A stretch of DNA of 64,000 nt from Oscillospiraceae bacterium (GCA_015064885.1 SVRJ01000007.1:2883-66882); one strand, 5' to 3'. Shown: positions 1 through 8,852, counted from the first letter of the stretch. Program-made: numbers and translations. The notes: a model not told the origin generated them from the sequence alone.

Positions 1-457
1 AGATATACATGCGTCTTTCCGAAAGAGCTCTTACGTATTGATCTATGCGTTCACCGATCTCCTTGAGTATATATTCCTCCTGAACATCATGCTCGTCAAT
101 GAGAATGTTTTCAAAGTCGGATAGGGGATCAATAATATCAGGCGGGATTCGTTTCTTTCTTGTTTTCTGTCTAAAGCGGTCGGTTGCTATATTGCGCATT
201 ATTCTTGTAAGAAAGGCACGCAGAATCGCAGGTCTCTCGGGAGGCATTGAGTTCCAAGCGGCAAGATACGTGTCGTTCAGGCATTCCTCACTGTCAAGAT
301 TGCTGTGAACTATGCGTTCAGCTACGGAAAAAAGATATTTTCCGTATTTTATATCTGTTTGCTTTATTGCGTCCTCGCTCCGTGCAAAATAAAGATCTAT
401 TATTTCTTTGTCGCAAAGCTCGGAGACAATATTGCTTTTATGACTGTGACGCGACAC
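1..457 (-). CDS. ECF-type RNA polymerase sigma factor, 3' end outside window (paralogue of 2309..2902)
   Basis: Not in ORF track because it runs off the edge. Manual translation from GTG at 457 (RBS GGAGG 466-470): MSRHSHKSNIVSELCDKEIIDLYFARSEDAIKQTDIKYGKYL...EECLNDTYLAAWNSMPPERPAILRAFLTRIMRN...SERRMYI, colinear with the 197-aa sigma. Confidence 0.9.
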   Translation of the reverse strand, partial: MSRHSHKSNIVSELCDKEIIDLYFARSEDAIKQTDIKYGKYLFSVAERIVHSNLDSEECLNDTYLAAWNSMPPERPAILRAFLTRIMRNIATDRFRQKTRKKRIPPDIIDPLSDFENILIDEHDVQEEYILKEIGERIDQYVRALSERRMYI

Positions 458-539
458 CGACTGCACCTCCCTTGCCAAGAATTCTCCTCATAAATATAAG
501 TAGTCAAAACGTCCGGGATACGTAATACTTTTTAAAAAA

Positions 540-568
540 ATTATATCATAAAGTATGACTTTTGTCAA
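540..568 (-). promoter_or_regulatory. sigmaA-type promoter for the edge ECF sigma gene
   Basis: Minus strand TTGACA-17 nt-TATAAT with TG extension. Confidence 0.75.
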
Positions 569-580
569 GAAAATAAATAT

Positions 581-608
581 TCCCCACAAAGATTTTTCAG
601 TGTGGGGA
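581..608 (-). terminator. Probable intrinsic terminator after the anti-sigma/SBP fusion gene
   Basis: TCCCCACA...TGTGGGGA inverted repeat just after the stop at 618, followed by an A/T-rich tract. Confidence 0.55.
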
Positions 609-617
609 AAGTATACG

Positions 618-2312
618 CTATTTGGTTGGTTTGAACGATTGCGACAAGCCGTAAAAATCTTCGGAAGGTCCTTTCAAAGACTGCGAAAGTAGCGGATCGA
701 GAGATTTGGATACAGCAGCCCAGTTCTGTCTCTTTGCCGCACTGGTTGCCCAATCGTTATATAATCCGAAATTAGAGGGAAAGATAAGCATTCTGCCAAC
801 GTCAAGCGAGATAGTTCTCTTCATAACGTTAAAGCTTTCAAGATCATTTTTTCTTGCCTGAGTATTATTTTCTTCGATCTCGGTTTCCGGAAAAAGAGTG
901 TCAAAAACCGTAGGAGAGGTAGTACTCTGAGCGAAGTATCCCATCGCCTCTATTATTGCCGCTGAGATCACCTCTCTGTCATAGTCCCGCGAGGAGGAAG
1001 ATATTCCCCATTGTGTGAATGGAATACCCGGAGTGGTTATATAATTCTTTTGCTCGGTATCGTATTTCGGAATCGGTAAAAGTCCGTAACGCAAGTTCGA
1101 GCTTTCCGAAAGTAAGAACTTCTCGATATCCCGTATACGGAGTATCATAGATATGTCGTTTCCGAGTGAAAAATGCACCGCGGCAGACGAGTCGTTATAT
1201 CCCGAGTTTGATGTCATTATTTTTCCGAGAGCATCTGCTATCTCTATAGCTTTGCTTCCCGAATGGTCGGAAGAAAGCGTGATCAGCTTATCGGCAGACG
1301 GCGGACTTGAGTTTATGCTTACCATACTGAGCCCGGCGCCGAAATATACCGACTCGAGATGATACGTATATGTGCGCAGTCCGACACCGTCAGCTTCTGT
1401 TTTCTTTCCGTTGGCGTCGAGATCGTTCCAATAGCTTCCGACAAGCTTATACATCTCCTCAAGTGTCCACTTCTGTTCTTTTACAAGTGTATAAAGGCTG
1501 TCGGACGTATATCCGATATCGTTATTTTTGTCTATAAGGTCCTTGTTGAATATAAATCCAACCATAAGATACAGTGTATTTGTGGATATGTCACCGGTTA
1601 CGTAATAGGTGTTTCCGCCTATATCGGTGTCCTTTTTAATGCTTTCGGGATACCACGGATTACTTAGATTTATGTAATCGTGATAATAGTTTAGCGGCAA
1701 AAGATGTCCCTTTTGCGCAAGCAAAGCCGAGGTCCTCGAATAAAGAGCTATGACGTCGAGAGGCTCGCCTGAGGATTCGCACCGCTCTACGTATGCAAGT
1801 ATCGTAGCTTTTTTCCCCGAATCATCATCCTGAACGTTGAATGCGAGTTTAATGCCAAGAGCCTCGGAAACCTTTTTGTTCCTTTCAAAAATAGCCTCGT
1901 TTATATCATTTGAACCGATGATCTCATTTGCGGTAGCTTCAAATTCCTGATGTTCACTGTCCCAGCAGAGTATGTTTACTGATCTTCCGGAATATTTTTC
2001 GGAAAACAAGCTCATGTCAAAAAGACCTTCCTTGTTATCCGCACCCGATGAGGTAGGCGCAGAGTCGGGTGAGGATGTGCTTTCATGCGGGGCTGTTTCT
2101 GACGGTAAAAGCGAATTGCGTATGATAAAACCCGCCCCCGCAGCAATGCAGAGACAAAGGCATGCCGCCACCGTTCTTCTTATTATTGCAAGAGTCCTCT
2201 TTCGACGGCTTTCTTTTTTGTGCTTTATAATGCGCTCGTCTTCTCGTATGAATTTTTCAACTATACTTTCGTCAATGCCGTCAAATGCGTCTCGTAATTC
2301 GTCCTTTTTCAT
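618..2312 (-). CDS. Putative anti-sigma factor with an extracellular ABC solute-binding-protein domain
   Basis: ATGA overlap with the upstream ECF sigma. Short helical N-terminus (DAFDGIDESIVE), basic stretch, one TM (TVAACLCLCIAAGAGFII), S/T/P linker, then a domain colinear with SBP 49139..50707 (NILCWDSEH, YYVTGDISTN, KWTLEEMYKL, YGLLPIPKYD). Confidence 0.8.
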   Translation of the reverse strand: MKKDELRDAFDGIDESIVEKFIREDERIIKHKKESRRKRTLAIIRRTVAACLCLCIAAGAGFIIRNSLLPSETAPHESTSSPDSAPTSSGADNKEGLFDMSLFSEKYSGRSVNILCWDSEHQEFEATANEIIGSNDINEAIFERNKKVSEALGIKLAFNVQDDDSGKKATILAYVERCESSGEPLDVIALYSRTSALLAQKGHLLPLNYYHDYINLSNPWYPESIKKDTDIGGNTYYVTGDISTNTLYLMVGFIFNKDLIDKNNDIGYTSDSLYTLVKEQKWTLEEMYKLVGSYWNDLDANGKKTEADGVGLRTYTYHLESVYFGAGLSMVSINSSPPSADKLITLSSDHSGSKAIEIADALGKIMTSNSGYNDSSAAVHFSLGNDISMILRIRDIEKFLLSESSNLRYGLLPIPKYDTEQKNYITTPGIPFTQWGISSSSRDYDREVISAAIIEAMGYFAQSTTSPTVFDTLFPETEIEENNTQARKNDLESFNVMKRTISLDVGRMLIFPSNFGLYNDWATSAAKRQNWAAVSKSLDPLLSQSLKGPSEDFYGLSQSFKPTK

Positions 2313-2902
2313 ATTACAAATCCCTCACTTTCGAGCTTCTGACGTAAGCCTATTTTTATTGACGCTATTTCGTTGTATACAGTAGACCTGCTCACCCCAA
2401 GTGAGTCGGTTATTTCTTCTATAGGGCGAGAAAAATAGTATCTTGCCATAAATATATACAGCCTTCTTTCCGGGATCGATCGAAGATATTCATTTATGCA
2501 TTTGCGGATATCATTGACGTTATATTCCTCCTGAATATCCGTACCGTCGCTCAGAATATCCTCAAAATCCGAGATCGGGTCTATAAGCTCAGGAGGAACA
2601 CGCTTTTGTCTTCTCTTATGTCTAAAACATCTTGTAGCCGTTTTCCTCATTATAGCCGTCAGAAACGCCCGGAACAGTCTCGGTCTTTCGGGTGGTATGG
2701 AATTCCAGGTGGCTATGTACGTGTCGTCGAGACATTCCTCGCAGTCAAGCCTGTCGTGTACGATATAGTCGGCAACGCCGAGCAGATACTTCCCGTACTT
2801 TATGTCGGTGAATTTTATAGCATCTTCGTTTCTTTCAAAATAAAGTTCGATTATGGCTTCGTCACTTAATATTTTGTCTTTGCTTTTATGCCTGAGCTCC
2901 AT
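2309..2902 (-). CDS. ECF-type RNA polymerase sigma-70 factor
   Basis: 197 aa; region 2 (DCEECLDDTYIATW, FRAFL) and region 4 (RRLYIFMARYYFSRPIEEITDSLGVSRSTVYNEI); RBS AAGGAGG. Confidence 0.9.
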   Translation of the reverse strand: MELRHKSKDKILSDEAIIELYFERNEDAIKFTDIKYGKYLLGVADYIVHDRLDCEECLDDTYIATWNSIPPERPRLFRAFLTAIMRKTATRCFRHKRRQKRVPPELIDPISDFEDILSDGTDIQEEYNVNDIRKCINEYLRSIPERRLYIFMARYYFSRPIEEITDSLGVSRSTVYNEIASIKIGLRQKLESEGFVI

Positions 2903-3017
2903 TGCTTACCTCCTTGTGGAATTAAAAAATACCCCTCATAGATCAAAGTAGCCGTTTTTTGAAAAATGTCCATCCTTAAAAAAATTTAAAAAAAATAATC
3001 GAACAAGCACTTTTTTG

Positions 3018-4379
3018 TCATTTCGTATCTCTGGCAAGATCTTTCATCCAGTTGAAGCTGTTTATTTTGAAATAAGCTACAATGCATTTCAGTATCTGAT
3101 CGCATTTTAGACATGCAAAAACTATCCACGCAGGAGCTCCCGTATTAAGCGCGATAAGCGCGGAGGGAATTACGACGCAAAAAACAAAGATCGTGTCGTT
3201 TTTGAATACGAATCCTACGTCGCCTCCTGCCTTTACAAGTCCCGCGAGGCACGCTGCCTGATAGGACGTTCCTATTGAGGTTACCGCAAGAACGTTTATA
3301 AACTGCATAGAATATACTGCCGCATCTGCAGATATTCCCTTGTAGAGGGCGATAAATGGAGCTCTTATTGTAAATATCAGTCCACCCGTCATGATGCCAA
3401 GTAAAAGAAAAAGTATCTGTGTAGTTCTTGCATATTCTTTTATAAGCTCTGTTTTTCCTTCACCGATCGTCTTTCCGGTTATTATACCTACCGCAGATGA
3501 CATTCCGTTTATGGCGATGTATGCAAGAGAATTCATTGTGTTGGCAACGCTGACAGCGGAGATGACTTCTTCAGAGAAGCGTCCGAGTATAGCGGAGTTC
3601 GTCATGAGATTTATGCTCCATACGATGTTTCCGCTGATCACGGGAATAGAATACTTTATAAAATCACGTGTGATCACCCTGTCCGTTTTGAAGAAATCTT
3701 TTACACGCATACCGAGTCGTTTGTCAAAAAACAGCACGTACACCGTAATTATGAGACATTCGGCGACTCTTGATATAAGTGTAGCTATAGCGGCGCCTTG
3801 CAGCCCCATCGGAGAAGCTCCGAGTTTTCCGAATATCAATATATAGTTCAGTCCTACGTTTATAAACAGAGAACACAGAGAAACGTACATTCCCGTTTTT
3901 GCTATCTCAACGCTTCTCATTGCGGCGATCAGAGACTGCGTAATGCAGAAGAAAATATAAGATAGGCATACTCTCCTCAGATATGCCGATCCATCGGATA
4001 TTACCGATGCCTCCTTTGTCAGAAGCGAGATAATGGAGGAGGGAAACAGAAGACATACCACAGTCAGGATAGATCCGACCGCTACCGAAACCCTGATTCC
4101 GAATGAAACAATATTTTTTATGCTTTTTGTATCACGCTTTCCCCAATACTGTGCCGCAAGAATAAGGATGGTTGCTTCCACTCCTCCCGAGAACATCTGC
4201 AGAAAGGTCTGAAGCTGGTTCGCCATATATACTCCCGATACCGCACTGTCTCCGAGGCTGCTGACCATAACGTTATCCGCAAACGACACCGCAAATGTTA
4301 TAAGATTTTGCAGTGCGACGGGGATAGCGAGCGATAAAAGAGATCTGTAGAAGGATCTGTCTTTAGTGAAAAGTCTCAT
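3018..4379 (-). CDS. MATE family efflux transporter
   Basis: About 12 hydrophobic segments; LAIPVALQN, DNVMVSSLG, NYILIFGKLG..MGLQGAAIATLISR; start moved to ATG after GAGG. Confidence 0.9.
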   Translation of the reverse strand: MRLFTKDRSFYRSLLSLAIPVALQNLITFAVSFADNVMVSSLGDSAVSGVYMANQLQTFLQMFSGGVEATILILAAQYWGKRDTKSIKNIVSFGIRVSVAVGSILTVVCLLFPSSIISLLTKEASVISDGSAYLRRVCLSYIFFCITQSLIAAMRSVEIAKTGMYVSLCSLFINVGLNYILIFGKLGASPMGLQGAAIATLISRVAECLIITVYVLFFDKRLGMRVKDFFKTDRVITRDFIKYSIPVISGNIVWSINLMTNSAILGRFSEEVISAVSVANTMNSLAYIAINGMSSAVGIITGKTIGEGKTELIKEYARTTQILFLLLGIMTGGLIFTIRAPFIALYKGISADAAVYSMQFINVLAVTSIGTSYQAACLAGLVKAGGDVGFVFKNDTIFVFCVVIPSALIALNTGAPAWIVFACLKCDQILKCIVAYFKINSFNWMKDLARDTK

Positions 4380-4433
4380 TCCTTGTACCTCATTTTCCGA
4401 ATCTGAAAATAGTATGCGCATATATTGCGCTAT

Positions 4434-5123
4434 TTATTTTGCGTGCGTTTGATTGCGTTTCATACGCTGCCAATTAAAAAATCCGTAAAGATCGTTAAAA
4501 AGAAACATTACAAAGCATGCCGCCATAACTATATACGAGGGATCGCCAACAGAGGCTATTATCCAAAGAATTATAAGAACAATATCGTTTGCCGAGTATG
4601 CAAGCGCATAGTAGGGGCTCCTCAGAAAGGTAAGAGCGGATGCTATATAGCTGGTTGTTACCGAAATCGTACTGACGAGAAGACTTGCGGTGCCGAGCCA
4701 CTTAAGTATAAAGTAAAAAACAAAAGTAACGACAGCCGATGATAAGAGCAGGAGAAGCCCATTCTTTTTTGAAATGGTAGATATTTCAACCTCGGAGCTG
4801 TCCTCGTAAGGGTGCTTTATCCACGCAATAAGCGCGCAAAGAGCCATCGGTGCGCTCATGCATACGTATGTTATCATTTCTCCGTAGTATTTCAGTTCAA
4901 GAGATATGATCCCATATAAAACAGCGAAAACTATGGTGAGAAGCTGACCTACGGCATGCCCCTTTGCAACAAAAATAAGAGCCGTTACACCTATGAGCGA
5001 CGCTATGAAATTCAGCGACCCGTTTTCGGGAGCGACCACGTATCCGACGATCATTACACTACAGGATAATATCCAAAGGGATAATTCAAATTTTGTGAGT
5101 GCTAAAGTACTTCTTTTTTTCAT
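4434..5123 (-). CDS. pnuC: PnuC-family vitamin/nucleoside transporter
   Basis: ASLIGVTALIFVAKG, YYGEMITY, YSANDIVLIILW, FNDLYGFFNW; start at ATG 5123 after GGAGG (the ORF-track extension is leader sequence). Substrate uncertain. Confidence 0.8.
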   Translation of the reverse strand: MKKRSTLALTKFELSLWILSCSVMIVGYVVAPENGSLNFIASLIGVTALIFVAKGHAVGQLLTIVFAVLYGIISLELKYYGEMITYVCMSAPMALCALIAWIKHPYEDSSEVEISTISKKNGLLLLLSSAVVTFVFYFILKWLGTASLLVSTISVTTSYIASALTFLRSPYYALAYSANDIVLIILWIIASVGDPSYIVMAACFVMFLFNDLYGFFNWQRMKRNQTHAK

Positions 5124-5230
5124 CGTGACCTCCAAAAAATGAAAATGCATCCGCCGACACATCTTCAAAGACCTAACGATGTGTGGACGGATGCATATTT
5201 GCACCTCACTACCCGGTGGCAGTTTATTGT
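5124..5230 (-). promoter_or_regulatory. Structured 5' leader (attenuator or riboswitch candidate) of pnuC
   Basis: Small hairpin ACUGCC-ACCG-GGUAGU, then long hairpin AUGCAUCCG..ACACAUC..GAUGUGU..CGGAUGCAU and a U-rich tract before the RBS. Confidence 0.5.
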
Positions 5231-5235
5231 AGAAT

Positions 5236-5264
5236 ATTATAACACATCAAATGTAAAATGTCAA
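5236..5264 (-). promoter_or_regulatory. sigmaA promoter of pnuC-MATE
   Basis: TTGACA-17-TATAAT on minus strand. Confidence 0.8.
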
Positions 5265-5271
5265 TAGCTTT

Positions 5272-5583
5272 TCAGATGAATCTTTCAACTATGAAAACTA
5301 TGATGCACGCCCCTGCCGCAACTACAATGAGACTTTGCTCAAAATATGCAAGGAGAAGAGCTACACACAGACCTGCAGCAGCCGACGCAACAGACGACGT
5401 CGAGTACAGTATGGCGGGCACTGTCATTGCCGCAAGTACAGCGTACGGGATGTAGTGGAAAAACGATTTGAGAAATCTGCTTTTTATCTTTTTACGAAAA
5501 AGCACTAAGGGAAGCATACGTACAAGATAAGTTATCCCCGCCATGCAGATAAGACAGATGAAAAAGTATTTTATATCACTCAT
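5272..5583 (-). CDS. azlD: AzlD-family branched-chain amino acid exporter small subunit
   Basis: TYLVRMLP, FFHYIPYAVLAAM; overlaps the azlC end; RBS GAGGAGG. Confidence 0.85.
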   Translation of the reverse strand: MSDIKYFFICLICMAGITYLVRMLPLVLFRKKIKSRFLKSFFHYIPYAVLAAMTVPAILYSTSSVASAAAGLCVALLLAYFEQSLIVVAAGACIIVFIVERFI

Positions 5584-6298
5584 CCTCCTCCACCTCCTTG
5601 ATCGGGCATATAAGCGCAAAGATCGCAGAAACGAGAACAGCGCATATTATTATCGAGAAGCCTTCAGAGATAAAGCCCGAAAGAGGAGTGTACTTTATCA
5701 GACAGCTGACAGTTGCCGCGGAAAGTATAACTCCGAGTACGGGAAGGCTTTTCTTTGCTACGGGAATTATTATTGCAACGAACATTCCGTATATTGCTAT
5801 GCCAAGACAGGATATAAGAGCTGCCGGAAGTATTTCACCGAGAAGCGCTCCGCACAGAGTACCGAGGCTCCATCCGATATACGGCAGTATAGCGAGAGAG
5901 TACATGTATTTACGGCCTATGCTCCTCTTACTTGATGAAACCGCAAAGATCTCGTCGGTTATAAAAAAGGATATTAAAAATCTGTCTGCCGTTTTTACAG
6001 AAGCGTCTGTCTTTTGAGAAAGAGAGAGAGACATCAGTGCATATCTCAGATTTATAACGAGCTGGGAAAGTGCGATCTCGAGAAAAGGAGCCCCGAGAGA
6101 CATCAGCGTTACACCCGCAAGCTGACCTGCGGACGTAAGATTTGTCATAGAGATCAGTAGTGCCTGAAGCGCGGAGAGACCTCCGTTTACCGAAAATATT
6201 CCGAAGGCAAAGGATACGGGAAAGTACCCAAGTCCTATAGGCAGTCCGTCATGGAGGGCCGAGAGAAATTCAGTGTTTTTATTTTTTGTGTGTCGCAT
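5576..6298 (-). CDS. azlC: AzlC-family branched-chain amino acid exporter
   Basis: PIGLGYFPVSFAFG, SAGQLAG, INLRYALMS, ITDEIFAV. Confidence 0.9.
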   Translation of the reverse strand: MRHTKNKNTEFLSALHDGLPIGLGYFPVSFAFGIFSVNGGLSALQALLISMTNLTSAGQLAGVTLMSLGAPFLEIALSQLVINLRYALMSLSLSQKTDASVKTADRFLISFFITDEIFAVSSSKRSIGRKYMYSLAILPYIGWSLGTLCGALLGEILPAALISCLGIAIYGMFVAIIIPVAKKSLPVLGVILSAATVSCLIKYTPLSGFISEGFSIIICAVLVSAIFALICPIKEVEEDE

Positions 6299-6335
6299 GG
6301 TAAACCTTAAACGATAATGTTATTATTAATTATAA

Positions 6336-6364
6336 ATTATATCACCGATCTTAGGATTTGTCAA
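6336..6364 (-). promoter_or_regulatory. sigmaA promoter of azlCD
   Basis: TTGACA-17-TATAAT with TG extension; divergent TTGCTT-17-TATAAT at 6424-6452 on plus strand. Confidence 0.7.
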
Positions 6365-6484
6365 TGCTTTTTTTGCTTTGAATTATAAAATAATTTTTTA
6401 TGTGTATTTTTCTTTGTAATCACTTGCTTTATTTTGTGGGTTGTGGTATAATGTAAATATCAAATAAAAATCCCGGAGATGTTT

Positions 6485-6958
6485 ATGAAAATAATGTTTG
6501 TCTGCCACGGAAATATCTGCAGATCTCCTATGGCTGAATTTATATTCATGCATATGGTATATGAAAAGCGTATGGGATGCCGTTTTTCCGTTTCGTCAAG
6601 TGCGACCAGTGACGAGGAAATATCGGGAGGAGTAGGAAATCCCATATATCCGCCAGCAAAGGCCGAGCTTAAAAAGCACGGAATATACTGCGATGGAAAA
6701 TACGCGGTTCAGCTGCAGAAAGAGGATTATGCAAACTACGATCTCTTTGTCGGAATGGACAGTGAGAATATAAGAAATATGCACCGCATTTTCGGCGGAG
6801 ATCCCGATTCGAAAATATATAAGCTGCTTTCCTTTGCCGGAAGCGACAGAGACGTTTCCGACCCGTGGTATACGGGAAGATTTGACGTAGCATACAGAGA
6901 TATATACGAGGGGTGCAAAGCGCTTTTTGATTCTCTCGCCACGAAAGCGTTTTGTTGA
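6485..6958 (+). CDS. Low-molecular-weight protein-tyrosine phosphatase
   Basis: P-loop VCHGNICRSPMAE and DPWY motif. Confidence 0.92.
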   Translation: MKIMFVCHGNICRSPMAEFIFMHMVYEKRMGCRFSVSSSATSDEEISGGVGNPIYPPAKAELKKHGIYCDGKYAVQLQKEDYANYDLFVGMDSENIRNMHRIFGGDPDSKIYKLLSFAGSDRDVSDPWYTGRFDVAYRDIYEGCKALFDSLATKAFC

Positions 6959-6975
6959 ATATAGGAGGGATAAGT

Positions 6976-7764
6976 ATGAGAAATGACAAGCTTTGCTTTT
7001 CAACGCTCGGATGTACAGAATATTCGATATCCGAGGTCATAGAGCTGTCAAAAAGATTTTCGGTAGGGGCAATAGAACTGCGCGGCCTTTGCGGAAGGAT
7101 GAACGTGTATGAGTGCGAAGATTTTTTGCCTGAAAATATAGATTCTACCCTGAAAAGATTTTCGGATGCGGGTATATCCTTCCCGGTTCTCGGTACGTCG
7201 GTATCATGTCACGAGGTGTTTGAGGGTAAGCGAAAGCTCGAAGACACTTTGAAGGATATAGCCTTTGCGAGAAAAATAGGAGCAAAATATATACGCGTTT
7301 TCGGGAACAAAAAGACAAAGTCCTGCTCATCCACCGAGGTTGCATCGGTTCTTTCCGGACTGTGCGCACTTGCAAAGCCTTACGGGATAAGCGTTTTGCT
7401 CGAGGTACACGGAGACTATAACACTGTCGGGATGCTCTCTCCGATACTTTCCATGCTTTCCGCTACCGAAAATTTCGGTCTTATCTGGGATATATGCCAT
7501 ACAGATGCCGTTTACGCAGACGGATGGGAAGAATTTTATCTTGCGGTAAAACCTTTTATAAAGCATATACACGTGAAGGACAGATGCCGCGAGACTATGA
7601 AGCTCATGCCCCTCGGAAAAGGAGATATACCGATAAAGGCAATAACCGACCGCCTTACAGCAGACGGATTCGAGGGATATATTTCTCTTGAATGGGAAAG
7701 GAAATGGCATCCCGAGCTTTCTACGATAGAGGACGCGCTCTCCGATTTTACTGAAATGCTTTGA
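6976..7764 (+). CDS. Sugar phosphate isomerase/epimerase (AP endonuclease 2 / xylose isomerase-like TIM barrel)
   Basis: Metal-binding pattern LEVH, WDICH, HIHVKD, SLEWE; start after GGAGG. Confidence 0.82.
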   Translation: MRNDKLCFSTLGCTEYSISEVIELSKRFSVGAIELRGLCGRMNVYECEDFLPENIDSTLKRFSDAGISFPVLGTSVSCHEVFEGKRKLEDTLKDIAFARKIGAKYIRVFGNKKTKSCSSTEVASVLSGLCALAKPYGISVLLEVHGDYNTVGMLSPILSMLSATENFGLIWDICHTDAVYADGWEEFYLAVKPFIKHIHVKDRCRETMKLMPLGKGDIPIKAITDRLTADGFEGYISLEWERKWHPELSTIEDALSDFTEML

Positions 7765-7831
7765 TATTTACGCAAACAAAAGCAACAGCTATCGTCTACG
7801 CGTATCTCGGGAAATTTAAATCTCTTTACGT

Positions 7832-7866
7832 AAGAGCGTCTGCATTCGGACGCTCTTCCTTTTTTT
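7832..7866 (+). terminator. Intrinsic terminator
   Basis: AAGAGCGTC...GACGCTCTT followed by a T run. Confidence 0.65.
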
Positions 7867-7919
7867 GCTCACCGTTTGGACAAATGTTGTTATAATTTGA
7901 TAAAGTATTGTCACATCTA

Positions 7920-7948
7920 TTGACAAAAGGATATTGGCGTGGTAAAAT
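7920..7948 (+). promoter_or_regulatory. sigmaA promoter of the 7989-14494 cluster
   Basis: TTGACA-17-TAAAAT with TG extension. Confidence 0.7.
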
Positions 7949-7988
7949 ATAAACGTAAATATTTTTATAAAGAAGGAGACTGTTTGGT

Positions 7989-8852
7989 ATGAGTAAGGTG
8001 TTTTTTTCAAGAGATATTTCTCCCGAGAAGGTGCTTGAGCTCTATAAGCTTACCGGCAAATATCTTACCGGTAACGTTGCCGTTAAGGTGCATTCCGGAG
8101 AGAAGGGAAATCAGAATTTTTTAAGGCCGGATTTCTGGAAGCCGATGATAGATTTTGTCGGTGGAACGGTTACCGAATGTAATACGGCATACGAGGGACA
8201 AAGAAATACTACCGAGAAGCATATGGCTCTTATAAAGGAGCATGGCTGGAGTGATCTTTTTCCTTTTGATCTTCTCGATGCGGAGGGGCCGGATCTTGAG
8301 CTTGATATTCCGAACGGTAAGGTAATAAAGAAAAACTACGTTGGAAAGAACACGTCGAAATATGATTCAATGCTTGTGCTTTCGCACTTTAAAGGCCATC
8401 CCATGGGAGGCTACGGAGGAGCGATAAAACAGCTTTCGATAGGAGTTGCTTCATCATTCGGTAAGGCGTATATTCACGGAGCGGGTGTTCCCGAAAATAT
8501 TTGGACTGCCGATCACGATCTGTTCCTTGAATCAATGGCAGACGCCGCTTCATCTGTCGTTGAGCTTTTTAAGGGTAATATAGTTTATATCAACGTGATG
8601 AAAAATCTCTCTGTAGACTGCGATTGTTGTGCGGTTGCCGAGGATCCCTGCATGAAGGATATCGGTATACTCGCATCCACAGACCCTATAGCAATAGATC
8701 AGGCGTGCATAGATCTCGTTTACGCATCAAAGGACAGAGGCAGAGATCATCTTGTAAAGCGAATAGAATCAAGAAACGGAATACACACGATAGAAGCGGC
8801 GGCAGATCTGGGATACGGATCAAGAGAATATGAGCTTATTGAAATAGAGTAA
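7989..8852 (+). CDS. DUF362-domain (Fe-S) protein
   Basis: VAVKVHSGE, SHFKGH..GYGGAIK, DCDC, ASTDPIAIDQAC. Confidence 0.8.
   Translation: MSKVFFSRDISPEKVLELYKLTGKYLTGNVAVKVHSGEKGNQNFLRPDFWKPMIDFVGGTVTECNTAYEGQRNTTEKHMALIKEHGWSDLFPFDLLDAEGPDLELDIPNGKVIKKNYVGKNTSKYDSMLVLSHFKGHPMGGYGGAIKQLSIGVASSFGKAYIHGAGVPENIWTADHDLFLESMADAASSVVELFKGNIVYINVMKNLSVDCDCCAVAEDPCMKDIGILASTDPIAIDQACIDLVYASKDRGRDHLVKRIESRNGIHTIEAAADLGYGSREYELIEIE

Noticed and set aside
99-525. Short plus-strand ORFs at the left edge
   Set aside because: They overlap the minus-strand ECF sigma at 1..457, which has clear paralogue support.
5124-5204. 27-aa N-terminal extension of PnuC given by the ORF track
   Set aside because: A strong GGAGG precedes ATG 5123 and the extension coincides with the leader hairpin.
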